Assembly (NCBI GenBank): GCA_034722435.1
Contig: JAYENX010000056.1
Coordinates: 9,181-59,327, forward strand
Reading direction: 5' to 3'
DNA length: 50,147 bases
Origin: Nanobdellota archaeon
GTDB taxonomy: Archaea > Nanobdellota > Nanobdellia > Woesearchaeales > JAHWHD01
Of this stretch, positions 28,428 through 38,531 are shown one piece after another. Position 1 is the stretch's first letter. Each line of letters opens with the position of its first letter. The translations under genes were made by a program, and so were the position numbers. The notes under the pieces were generated by a model, which was not told where the DNA came from, did not search any database, and was given only the letters and a program-made list of their open reading frames with translations.

Positions 28428-28679
28428 ATGTACGAATTGATTATAGATAATAAAGCTATTGAATTTTTAGAAAAACTTCCAAAAATTAATGCTCAAAGAA
28501 TTTTTAAGAAAATTCAACAAACAAAAGAGAATCCTCATCGATATTTTATCAGATTGACAAATAGAAATGAATACAAATTACGAGTCGGGGATTATAGAAT
28601 TATCGGAGATATTGAAGATAATAAACTAAAAATTCTTATCATTCATATAGGACATCGTAAAAATGTATATAAAAAATAA
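28428..28679 (+). CDS. relE: RelE/ParE family toxin
   Basis: YKLRVGDYRII...ILIIHIGHRKNVY. Confidence 0.92.
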   Translation: MYELIIDNKAIEFLEKLPKINAQRIFKKIQQTKENPHRYFIRLTNRNEYKLRVGDYRIIGDIEDNKLKILIIHIGHRKNVYKK

Positions 28680-28751
28680 TAATTAAAAATTATTAATAAT
28701 ATAATAAGAAAAAAATCAAATCAAGAACTTATTAATGAAAATATAAAAATT

Positions 28752-28784
28752 GAAAAAACTTAAAAAGAAGTTATATTAAATAAT
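28752..28784 (+). repeat. 33-bp direct repeat, right copy
   Basis: Identical to 27987-28019. Confidence 0.9.
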
Positions 28785-28821
28785 TATAAAGATTAGATAA
28801 TGACACAGAGAGGTTATAAAT

Positions 28822-29970
28822 ATGAAAAAGAAACATTTTGAGACAATTATAGTTGGTGGCGGTATTTCTGGTCTGTCTTGCGGTCGAAGGTTACAGGATG
28901 CTGGCAAGAATTTTATGCTTATAACTGAAGTTTTAGGTGGAAGAACTTTATCATCAGATTCGTTTGGTACAACGTACGGTGCAGATTATATTACTGAAGA
29001 TTATAAACATGTTTTAAAGTATGTTGGTAAAAAGAAATGGTTTTACAAGTTAAAAGATTATTATTTTTTTGATGATAAAAAGTATACTAATGTTTATAGT
29101 ATTAAAAATTTAAAATATTTACCAAGGATGATTAAGTTCTTTTTAATTGGTAACAAAGTTAGAAAAAGTTTTATAAAATATAGAAAATTAGCACCATATA
29201 AATCTATAAAAGAATGTTTTGAAAGAGATCCAATACTGTTAAAGTATTGGAGAATGTCTGCTAAAGAATTTATTAAAAAATACAGGCTTGAATATCTTGA
29301 TAAAGTATATGGAAACCCTGTTACAACTGCAACAATGTTTGCAGGTTCTGATAAAGTTAATGCAGCATATTTTATGGGTATGTTTTTACCAGTAGTTGTT
29401 AAAACATGGGGCGCGGATTTTACAAATACTGTAAAGAAACTTACAAAAGGGTATGAAAATAAAATTGTTACAGGAAAAGTTACCAAAGTTAAAAAGAAAG
29501 GTGAGGGATATGAAGTTCGAAGTAACAAAGGAACGTTTACTGCAGATAGTATAGTTTTAGCTGCCCCACAAGCGCATCTAGCAAAAGTGTATCCGGTACC
29601 TAAACCTTATATGCAAGCAGAAATTTATACGTTCCATATTAAAGGAGTAAGATTGAAGAAATATCAAGGTAAAAAAGTTATATTTTTTAGAAAGGGGATG
29701 GAACTTGCTCAAATTGGAAGAATGACTGATGGTACTGATAAAACGTATTCTAAAAGTGCAAAACCTGACTTTAAGAAGTTCTATAAATCATATAAAGTGA
29801 TTAAAAAGGTTCATTGGAAGCCTGCAACTATAATACCTAAGAAAGAACTTATTGAACAAAAACTTGATAAGAATCTTTATCTGGCATCAGATTATAATAT
29901 TTCGTCTTTAGAAGATAGTTTTTTGACAGGGTTATATGCAGCGAATCAAATAATAGGTGTTAAAAGATGA
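28822..29970 (+). CDS. FAD-dependent oxidoreductase (amine-oxidase-like)
   Basis: IIVGGGISGLSCG, GGR, ADSIVLAAP, YLASDY. Confidence 0.85.
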   Translation: MKKKHFETIIVGGGISGLSCGRRLQDAGKNFMLITEVLGGRTLSSDSFGTTYGADYITEDYKHVLKYVGKKKWFYKLKDYYFFDDKKYTNVYSIKNLKYLPRMIKFFLIGNKVRKSFIKYRKLAPYKSIKECFERDPILLKYWRMSAKEFIKKYRLEYLDKVYGNPVTTATMFAGSDKVNAAYFMGMFLPVVVKTWGADFTNTVKKLTKGYENKIVTGKVTKVKKKGEGYEVRSNKGTFTADSIVLAAPQAHLAKVYPVPKPYMQAEIYTFHIKGVRLKKYQGKKVIFFRKGMELAQIGRMTDGTDKTYSKSAKPDFKKFYKSYKVIKKVHWKPATIIPKKELIEQKLDKNLYLASDYNISSLEDSFLTGLYAANQIIGVKR

Positions 29971-30074
29971 CACTTATTGTGTAGTTAAGGAAGGTTTTGA
30001 TATATTTTTATTTTCTATTTTTAACAGAATCAATATTGAGATTATTTTTAAACAGAGTTAACAAAAATATTAAA

Positions 30075-31142
30075 ATGGAACTAAAGATACACGATAAAAG
30101 AAAGTTGCTTGTTCCAGTTATTTCTTTAGATGATGCCATTCTAAATGTATCGTTTCAGCTTAAGCATGGAAAATTTCAGCAAATATATCCAGTAACAGAA
30201 TTAATTAGAAGAGGGGATGTTAAAATAAGACATCTTGTTAATGCAAGAAAGTCGAGATCTCAAAAATTTGAACCAGGAACTTGTGCAGTTGTTAAAAAAA
30301 GAAAGCAAGAAGCGTCAATATCTTATAGAATAAAACTAAACCTTGATGATTTTGTTAATGATGTCATGGTTCCACAAAATATTGCCACATTAGCGGATAA
30401 ACTTGTGAAAGATGCTAAAAATGAAAAAGAAAAAGTTCATATCCTTTACGATTACATAAAAGATACTATAAAATATGGTCTTATACCGAAAAAAGTTGTA
30501 GAGGATTGTACAAAGTATCTCCAGAGAAATAAAAAAAAGAAAATTAAGGAAAGGTTGAAAGGGTACATAGGATATCTTAAAAGGAAAGTACGACATAATG
30601 CCATTAAAAATCCACATAATGGCGAATTAGAACGAATTGAAAAACAGTTTGATTCTAAAATGGCAAAGTGTCTAGATAATTTTATGAAATCTGGAAAAGC
30701 AAGGAAGAATTCAATTATGCGAACTCTTGCAAAGAATTTTCTTAACTATGTTGGAGATAATTATGAAGATTTCTTTCTTAATATATGGGACAAAAGCAAG
30801 CTCTATAATTTTAGACATCATGTTAATAATGGAGGGTATTGCGCAGTAATATCAAAGATATATCAGCAAATGCTTACGAGTCAGGGGATAGAAACGGTTT
30901 ATATCAAAGGTGTACACGTCACAGAACGGCATGGATGGCTTGCTGTAAAAGTTGATGAGCAGTGGAAGCATATGGATCCGACAAATACGAACGTCTCAGG
31001 AAGGTATCAAACAAGCGAAGATTATAGAGTTTTTTTAAGTTTCATGCCAATGAACGCCAAAATTAAAGAAGCACATTTACATTCTAAGAAAGATATTGAA
31101 AGAGGACAAAAGTACGGAGTGGTTAAACCCAATTTACAATAA
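30075..31142 (+). CDS. Transglutaminase-like domain protein
   Basis: GGYCAVIS, HGWLAV, WKHMDPT (Cys-His-Asp triad); likely start is the ATG at 30075. Confidence 0.8.
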   Translation: MELKIHDKRKLLVPVISLDDAILNVSFQLKHGKFQQIYPVTELIRRGDVKIRHLVNARKSRSQKFEPGTCAVVKKRKQEASISYRIKLNLDDFVNDVMVPQNIATLADKLVKDAKNEKEKVHILYDYIKDTIKYGLIPKKVVEDCTKYLQRNKKKKIKERLKGYIGYLKRKVRHNAIKNPHNGELERIEKQFDSKMAKCLDNFMKSGKARKNSIMRTLAKNFLNYVGDNYEDFFLNIWDKSKLYNFRHHVNNGGYCAVISKIYQQMLTSQGIETVYIKGVHVTERHGWLAVKVDEQWKHMDPTNTNVSGRYQTSEDYRVFLSFMPMNAKIKEAHLHSKKDIERGQKYGVVKPNLQ

Positions 31143-32118
31143 CGTCATCAGTTCGCCAGTAAGGATTTATTATTGTGTCAGTTGCAGGGTCTTGCCTTTT
31201 TCCTGCATTATATTCTAAGATACCTTGCCAGGCAATCATTGCCGCATTATCGATGTTATACTGGTTCTCTAAAGAATAACATTTAGCATCTCTTTCCTTG
31301 CACATTATGTTTGACATTTCTTGTAGTCGAGTATTACATGCCACACCTCCACCTAGTAAAAGTTCAGTTTTGTCACAGTGTGCCATCGCTCGCTCACTCA
31401 CTTCTAGAAGCATTGCGAAAACAGTTTCCTGGACAGAATAACAAATATCTTCTTTTGAATGTTCACCTTTTTTGATTAGTTGTTTTACAAAAGTTAATAT
31501 TCCTCCAAATGAAACGTCCATACCTTTTACGCAGTAAGGAATTTCAATATAATTTTTTCCTTGCTCTGCTAAAACTTGAATCTTTGGACCGCCCGGAAAA
31601 CCTAAGCCGAGTTCGCGGGCAACACAGTCTAAAAAGTTACCAACACCTATGTCTAAAGATTCGCCAAAGATTCTGAACTTACCCCCTTCATAGCCGATGA
31701 TTTGAGTGTTAGCGCCTGATGCGTAAAGTAAAACCGGATCTTTGGCTTCAGTTAAAAGTTGACCAATGGTTAAATGTGCAATACAATGGTTTACACCGAC
31801 TATAGGTTTATCATGGATTAATGCTAAGCATCGTGCAAAGAAAGCACCAATCCTTAAAGCGTTACCTAGACCAGGACCTTGCGAGAATGAAATAAGGTCA
31901 ATGTCTTTCATAGCGAGGTTAACTTTTTCTAAAGCTTGTTTTAATACAGTATCGCAAACCTTTACATGGTGGTCAGCAACCTTGTAAGGTATCATTCCGC
32001 CTTCGCCAGGTTTAGTTTTGTAGCTGTCAATTACATTAGAAAGGATTTTACCGTCAAAAGTAACAATAGAACAGCCAAAAGTGTGTGCAGTAGTTTCTAT
32101 TCCTAAACAATATTTCAT
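31123..32118 (-). CDS. kae1: tRNA N6-threonylcarbamoyltransferase Kae1/TsaD
   Basis: LGIETTAHT, GPGLG, VNHCIAH, YASGANTQ, GESLDIGVGN, GGVACN, IDNAAMIAW. Confidence 0.97.
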   Translation of the reverse strand: MKYCLGIETTAHTFGCSIVTFDGKILSNVIDSYKTKPGEGGMIPYKVADHHVKVCDTVLKQALEKVNLAMKDIDLISFSQGPGLGNALRIGAFFARCLALIHDKPIVGVNHCIAHLTIGQLLTEAKDPVLLYASGANTQIIGYEGGKFRIFGESLDIGVGNFLDCVARELGLGFPGGPKIQVLAEQGKNYIEIPYCVKGMDVSFGGILTFVKQLIKKGEHSKEDICYSVQETVFAMLLEVSERAMAHCDKTELLLGGGVACNTRLQEMSNIMCKERDAKCYSLENQYNIDNAAMIAWQGILEYNAGKRQDPATDTIINPYWRTDDVIVNWV

Positions 32119-32143
32119 AACCTAGAATTAATAGAGGTTTTAT

Positions 32144-32524
32144 TTAAAGTTTTTTAAATGAGTCAGGGTAATTGTCGGGGTTACTTAAATTTTCTCCTAA
32201 CTTATCCCAAAAATCATTTCTAGATATATCATCTCGAAATATGAATTCGCTTATAGCATCCCTAACTAATTTGTAAGCTTGTTCTCTTTCTTCTCTTTTT
32301 TGTTTCATCTTTTTATTGCGAATATCGCAGGCAATCATCCAGTCACAGTATTGTTCATCCAATGATGCAATGTAAGATGCTGCCCCGCCCAAAGTTGCAG
32401 TAGTAATATATGCAAGAGAAGGTTCACAATTAGCAACTAAAGCGGCCACGCTACCTGCGAATAAAACTGCGCTTGCTTTCTTTATCTTATTTACAATACT
32501 TTTTCGTTTTATGTAATCAGACAT
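32144..32524 (-). CDS. Hypothetical membrane-associated protein
   Basis: Two weakly hydrophobic helices plus charged coil. Confidence 0.55.
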   Translation of the reverse strand: MSDYIKRKSIVNKIKKASAVLFAGSVAALVANCEPSLAYITTATLGGAASYIASLDEQYCDWMIACDIRNKKMKQKREEREQAYKLVRDAISEFIFRDDISRNDFWDKLGENLSNPDNYPDSFKKL

Positions 32525-32622
32525 TGTCTTAATATTAAAAGTTCATTGTTTTAAACTATAAGAATATAAAGGACTATTTAAACTTATTGCTTGTTGTCAC
32601 TCTAAGGTGACTACAAAATAGA

Positions 32623-32745
32623 AAGATTTATATATTAGTTATCACATACTTATAGATATAATACTAATAAATTAATACCCGAGAGAAAAAAACTTCTCAT
32701 TGATCCCCTCATGAATCGTACACACTCTCGGGGTTGATTTTTTTT
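32623..32745 (+). other. BRE-TATA followed by stem-loop and T8 tract: candidate sRNA or attenuator leader
   Basis: TTTATATA at 32627-32634; CCCGAGAG (32678-85) pairs with CTCTCGGG (32725-32); T8 at 32738-45. Confidence 0.35.
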
Positions 32746-32813
32746 AATGTTAGGTTATAATCATTATTATAATATAATTAAAATGAAAGCAGATATAGTA
32801 TTCAACTTAAAAA

Positions 32814-33185
32814 TTGCAAAGTTCAAATGCGGAGTTAGAGAGTTGGGAGAATATAGTGAAGGTGAAAAAAATGAATAAAGAAGATATACAAAAATATGTA
32901 GATAATAGACCCGAGGGTGAAGCACCCATTTTACTAACTGAACCTGTTGAAGGTTGTTATGCAATTACAGTACCAAGAGGAATGAATGGTAAAATAACAG
33001 CCTCTATATATGGTAACAAAGTAGAAATAACAACAAAAGGAATGCGTTTATCTGATATAACTTATTTAACCAATCAAGGTTATGAGTTGGATGCACAAAT
33101 CGGAGACAGAGTAAAAGGAACTGTATCTTCAAAAGATGAACTAGCAAATCTTGTAGATGCACTTGTTAATATGCCGACCAAGTAA
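32814..33185 (+). CDS. Hypothetical protein (true start may be downstream, e.g. MNKEDIQ)
   Basis: ORF with plausible composition, no motif. Confidence 0.55.
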   Translation: MQSSNAELESWENIVKVKKMNKEDIQKYVDNRPEGEAPILLTEPVEGCYAITVPRGMNGKITASIYGNKVEITTKGMRLSDITYLTNQGYELDAQIGDRVKGTVSSKDELANLVDALVNMPTK

Positions 33186-33260
33186 TTTTAAAATTATTTT
33201 TTAATTATTTCCCTAAATTCTACCAAAAAGTATTTATAAACCTTCAAAATATTAATTATT

Positions 33261-35159
33261 ATGATATTAAAAGATTTGTTGGATGCTGTAAAAGAATATA
33301 ATCCGAACGCTAATCTTGAACTAATAGAGAAAGCTTATAATTTTTCTAAAGAAGCTCATAAAGGCCAAAAACGGGTCTCAGGAGAGTCTTATTTCACGCA
33401 TTGTGCAGACGTAGCAATGATTCTTACAGAGCTAAAACTTAACTCTGTGACCATAGCTGCAGGTCTGTTACATGACGTACTCGAAGATACAAAAGTAAGA
33501 CCTAAAAAACTTGAAGAAGAGTTTGGACATGAAATTTATAGCCTTGTAGAAGGTGTTACCAAGATTGAACGTATAAGTCTTGAGATGACTGAAGAAGAAA
33601 AAGCTCAGTACATACGTAAAATACTTCTGGCGACAATTAAAGATGTTAGAGTTATACTGATTAAGTTAGTAGATAGATTACATAATATGAAAACTTTGAA
33701 GCATCTTTCACAAGAAAAACAATTAAGGATTGCAAGAGAGACGTTAGAGATTTATGCACCTATAGCTCACAAACTTGGCATCTACAAAATAAAGTCTGAA
33801 CTTGAAGATCTTAGTCTAAGGTATATCGATCCAGAAGCGTACCAAGATTTGAAAAATAAAATTTCTGAGAAACGGCACACTAGAGAGAAAAAAATATCCA
33901 AAGTTGTTCAGGTTCTAAAAAAAATGATTAAAGAGCAGGGTATGGAAGCGACAGTATATGGTCGAGCAAAGACGTTCTATAGTATATACAAAAAGATTAA
34001 AGTGAGGAATAAACAATTTGATACAATATATGATATGTTTGCGTTTAGGATTATAACTAAAAGTGTTGAAGATTGTTATAAAATTCTTGGAAAGATACAT
34101 TCTACCTGGAGATACCTTCCCTCAATGTTCAATGATTATATCGCAAACCCGAAACCTAACGGATACCAATCAATACATACAAAAGTACTTTATCAAGAGA
34201 AGCCTATAGAGATTCAGATAAGGAATGAAGATATGCACCTTGAGGCTGAAGAAGGGATTGCTGCGCATTGGCGGTATAAAGGAACTGAACGAGATAAAAA
34301 GTTTGATAGAAAAATAGGGTGGTTAAGGCAGTTACTTGAATGGGAAAGAACGTCAAAGAATGCAACAGACCTTATAGAGACTTTGAAAATTGATTTGTTT
34401 AAAGATGAAATAATAGCGTTCACACCAAAAGGTGAACCAATTGCTCTTCCTGAAGGAAGCACCACAATAGATTTTGCTTATGAGATTCATACTAATATAG
34501 GTAATCAATGTATAAGAGCTAAGGTTAACAACCAGATAGTTCCACTTCATTATGTACTTAGTTCCGGAGATGTTGTAGAAATAATGACTTCAGCAAAAGG
34601 TAAACCGTCAAGGCAATGGCTTAACTTTACAAGAACTAATGTTGCAAGATCAAAAATAAGAAGCGAGCTAGGGATTGAAGGAGAAAGAATGAAAAAACGT
34701 GCAAAAGAGACTCAAGATGAACTTGATAACATTGAAGTTAAAGGTGTTAAAAATCCTGTTTTGAAATTTACAAAATGTTGTAACCCTACTAAAGATAAAG
34801 TTATACACGGTTTTAAAATGAAAGACGGAAAAATAGCAGTACATAGTGAAGATTGTCCTAACCTTAATTCGATGACAAGATTAAAAACTGTCGAGGTAAA
34901 GTGGAAAACTAAAAGTTCAAAAGTTCAAAAAAAGAAACTTAACATAGTAGTTAACGACAGGTTAGGATTGCTTGCAGAAATTATGAATCTCATTTCTACA
35001 AAAAATATAAATATCTCATCAATATTCAGTGAAGCAAGAAAAAAGCATGTTTTAGTATCAGTGGTATTAGAAATATTACCTAATGATAATTTAGAAAAGT
35101 TAATCGAAGATCTTCAAATAATAAAGGATGTTATAGATGTTGTAAGTCTTGATGTTTAA
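33261..35159 (+). CDS. rel: Long RelA/SpoT homologue: bifunctional (p)ppGpp synthetase/hydrolase
   Basis: HD domain LLHDVLEDT and KLVDRLHNM; synthetase GRAKTFYSI, KPNGYQSIHT, EIQIR; TGS FTPKG...DFAYEIHT; ZFD KCCNP...HSEDC; C-terminal ACT. Confidence 0.96.
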   Translation: MILKDLLDAVKEYNPNANLELIEKAYNFSKEAHKGQKRVSGESYFTHCADVAMILTELKLNSVTIAAGLLHDVLEDTKVRPKKLEEEFGHEIYSLVEGVTKIERISLEMTEEEKAQYIRKILLATIKDVRVILIKLVDRLHNMKTLKHLSQEKQLRIARETLEIYAPIAHKLGIYKIKSELEDLSLRYIDPEAYQDLKNKISEKRHTREKKISKVVQVLKKMIKEQGMEATVYGRAKTFYSIYKKIKVRNKQFDTIYDMFAFRIITKSVEDCYKILGKIHSTWRYLPSMFNDYIANPKPNGYQSIHTKVLYQEKPIEIQIRNEDMHLEAEEGIAAHWRYKGTERDKKFDRKIGWLRQLLEWERTSKNATDLIETLKIDLFKDEIIAFTPKGEPIALPEGSTTIDFAYEIHTNIGNQCIRAKVNNQIVPLHYVLSSGDVVEIMTSAKGKPSRQWLNFTRTNVARSKIRSELGIEGERMKKRAKETQDELDNIEVKGVKNPVLKFTKCCNPTKDKVIHGFKMKDGKIAVHSEDCPNLNSMTRLKTVEVKWKTKSSKVQKKKLNIVVNDRLGLLAEIMNLISTKNINISSIFSEARKKHVLVSVVLEILPNDNLEKLIEDLQIIKDVIDVVSLDV

Positions 35160-35335
35160 GTTGCTTAACATAGTTATCACTAGTTCTTCACATAAAAATG
35201 TATTATAAACAAATGCAAACAGTATAGAATATAGCGGAGCATAGCTTACGCTAGATTGTTTATTCTGATCATTATTTTAAAAAAATGTTTAAAGAAAAAT
35301 AAAAAAATGATACCGTGCAATTCGTGGATTTCCAA

Positions 35336-38272
35336 GATGAACGGTTGGAAACTGCATGCTGAACCACTCGCCGAAGCTTGAGGCTTACACACCAGTTCCA
35401 TTAAACCTGTGTTTTACAGGAGCTCTACAATGTCTCTTTTCAAGGCGGGTTTCGAGCTTAGATGCTTTCAGCTCTTATCCCTTAATGCGTAGCTGCCCGG
35501 CATACCTTATCAGATAACCGGTCGACCAGTGGCATCGATCCTTCGTTCCTCTCGTACTAGAAGATTCTTCCTTTCAGACATCAACAATTCCAGTAGATAT
35601 CAAACAAACTGTCTCACAACGTTCTGAACCCAGCTCACGATCCCTTTTGATGGGTGAACACCCCCACCCTTGGACGCTTCTGCACGTCCAGGATAGGAAG
35701 AGCCGACATCGATGTAGCAAGCCGCGCCGTCGATTTACTCAAAATTTTGACGTTTTTTTGTCGAAATTTTATGAGCTCTCGGGCGCGACAACTCTGTTAT
35801 CCCCGGAGTAACTTTTCAGTCATTTCAAGCCCCCAATAAGGAGGACATTGAAGTTCGCTAGGCCAAACTTTCGTTTTTGAATTTCTTTCGATAGGAAACT
35901 CAATCAGGCTGGCTTTTGCCCTTGCACTCTACTCTGGATTTCTGACCCAGATGAGCCAACCATTGGGCCCTACTGATATCTTTTCAGCAGGGTGCCACCC
36001 CAGCCAAACTGCCCACATACCGCTGTCCCAAGATTTTCTCTCAGTTAGCAACGTAATTTCAGAAGAGTGGTGTTTCATTGGTGTCTATTCACGAACTGGC
36101 GTTCGTAACGTAACAACTCCCACTTACACTGTACAACTAAAATCACGTTACAACGATAAGCTGCAGTAAAGTTTCACGGGGTCTTCGCTTCCCACTGGAA
36201 TTCTCCGGCTTTTGCACCGGAAAAGAGTTTTCGGTGGATTCTAACTAGGGACAGTGACGATCTCGTTACGCCATTCATGCAGGCCGTCATTCAAACGGCA
36301 AGGCATTTCGCTACCTTAAGAGAGTTATAGTTACCCCCGCCGTTTACCAGCTCTTAGCTCAGTTGAAACCAAGTTTCAAGTACTGGCACTGGGCAGACGT
36401 CACCACCTGTACACACCCTTACGGGCTAGCAGGCAGTTAAGTTTTTGTTAAACAGTCGGACCGTCTTAGTCACTGCGCCCTGCAATCGCATTCATAAGAA
36501 CACAAAAGCAGGGACCCCTTATACCGAAGGCACGGGGCTAATTTGCCGAATTCCCTTAGTTAGATTAATCCATCACGCTTTAGGTTTCTCACCTAGGGGC
36601 ACCTGTGCTGGTTCTGGGTATAGATACCTAAGATTTGTTTTGATTCCTTTTTCACGGGCTCCAGATATCAGCCACATACCTCATACGAGATACTATTCCC
36701 AGATTTGGTCCAGTTCTCGCCATTACAGCACTCCCTGGACATATTCTGGTTAACATGAACGATGGTTCATGGTGACCTATTCAGAAACGTCAGAAATCAA
36801 ACTTGTGTTGCCACACATACTTAGGCAGTAAAGGAATATTAACCTTTTTCCCTTTCCTGACACTCGAATTACGAGCTCAGTTAGGATTAACTAACCCTTG
36901 ACTGATTTTCATTGTCAAGGAACCCTTGCCCTTTCAGCGGTACTGATTCTCACAGTACTCTGTTCCTACTACCACCGGGATCCTCATTTCTACCAGGTCC
37001 ACATCCTCTCACAAAAATGCTTCTACCCTAGCAGAACGCCTATCTATCATTCACTTTTAAGTGATCTACAGTATCGGTTATCAACTTAGCCCCGTCCATT
37101 TTCAAGGCCTATAACCTTGACAAGTAAGCTGTTACGCACTTATTATAGGATGGCTGCTTCTAAGCCAACCTCCTCGCTGTCTGTGGCTATAGACGCTTTT
37201 CACCCTTTAACACTTAGTTGATAATTAGGGACCTTAACTGTAGTCTGGGTTGTTCCCCTTTCGAGACTCACCCTTACGACGAGCCTCCGTCTCCCGAGGT
37301 CTACGATGCTCAAATATTCGGAGTTGGACAAGAAACCGAGGGATTTCTCCCCCTAAATCTCCAATCCGTATCTCTACCTTCATGAGCTATCTCGCTCGAG
37401 ACTTGACTGCGGCCAACTTTGATAGGAACCAGCTATCGCCGAACTCGATTGGCTTTTCACCCCTAACCCCAAGTTAGAAGAACACTTGTCCGTAGCACCT
37501 CTTCAGGCCTCCACAATGTTTAACCATTGCTTCACCTTACTCAGGGTTAGATCGTTCGGCTTCGGGTCGTATCCAAGTGACTAATGGCACGTTAGTACCA
37601 CGCCCCTTGCAAGCTGCGGGCATATCGGTTTCCCTATGAGTACTTTTTTACAAATTACTCTTGCCACTTAAATACACTCCCCGGCACGTTATTCAAAACG
37701 AACGGCACAACTCCTAAGAGCCGTACCCCTCTATGTCTGTTAGGTTTCAGAGTCTTTTCGCTCCCTATCAAGGGTTCTTTTCAACTTTCCATCACTGTAC
37801 TTGTTCGCTATCGGACTTTAAACGTATTTAAAGTTAGAAGTTATTGCCTCCCAGATTCCTGCTCAATTTCCAATGAACAGTACTCAAGATACTACTAGAC
37901 CTTTCAACTTTCCCCTACGTGACTATCACACTTTATAGTGCCTCTTTCCAGAGGACTTCAGGTCAGATGACTAAGGCTGAAAAGTAGTCTTACAACACCA
38001 CATCTCCTAACTATTTCTAGCAGGATTCAGTTTGCTTTGGGCCGTGTTCAGTCGCTCTTACTAACGGCATCTCAATTGATTTCTTTTCCTACAGGTACTA
38101 AGACGTTTCAATTCCCTGTGTTCCCAATCCTTACGGATTTTCTCCTAAGAGAAGGGATTTCCCATTCGGGGACCTTTGGTTCAATGACTACATGCGTCTC
38201 GCCAAAGTATAGTGTCGCTTGTCACACCCTTCATCAGCGTTAAAGCCAAGTCATCCACCTAACAGATTACAA
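35336..38272 (-). rRNA. rrl: 23S rRNA (archaeal) containing one 36-nt intron; ends approximate
   Basis: PTC segments GGGAUAACAG and CUCGAUGUCGG-like UACAUCGAUGUCGG, SRL AGUACGAGAGGAAC, 5' GGUGGAUGACUUGG. Confidence 0.97.
35735..35770 (-). other. BHB-type intron in 23S helix 89 (E. coli 2477/2478)
   Basis: Removal restores GAGAGCUCAU|AUCGACGGC; central helix GCUC/GAGU with bulges AU|A and AA|A. Confidence 0.85.
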
Positions 38273-38422
38273 AATTTGGAATTCCACGAATTATGCACGG
38301 TTTCATAAATATCAACCTCAAATCCTGAAAATACAATCAGGATTTGGTAAATTAAATGTCTGTTAAGACGTGAACTCACGAAAAATCGTTAAATTTTTCT
38401 AAGTCCTTTTGCTTGCGCAAAA

Positions 38423-38531
38423 TGGACCCGCCGGGACTTTCATCCACTAACAGGTCATTATATTAGTGATTTTTGAACCCGAGGCCCCCGCTTTGCAAGA
38501 GCGATGCTCTACCAGGCTGAGCTACGGGCCC
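38423..38531 (-). tRNA. tRNA-Ala(UGC) in the 16S-23S spacer; 35-nt intron at 59/60 (38437-38471)
   Basis: GGGCCCG...CU-UGC-AA...GGG-UUCA-AA|A...UGAA-AG|U-CCCGG; G3-U70 pair. Confidence 0.95.

Noticed and set aside
35160-35311. Possible 5S rRNA downstream of 23S
   Set aside because: Only ~150 AT-rich nt with one small hairpin (TAGCGGAGC...GCTTACGCTA) and no 5S motifs; 5S must lie elsewhere
35705-35720. A at E. coli 23S position 2499 as an unusual PTC change
   Set aside because: As I recall, UACAUCGAUG occurs in other archaeal 23S rRNAs, so it is not distinctive
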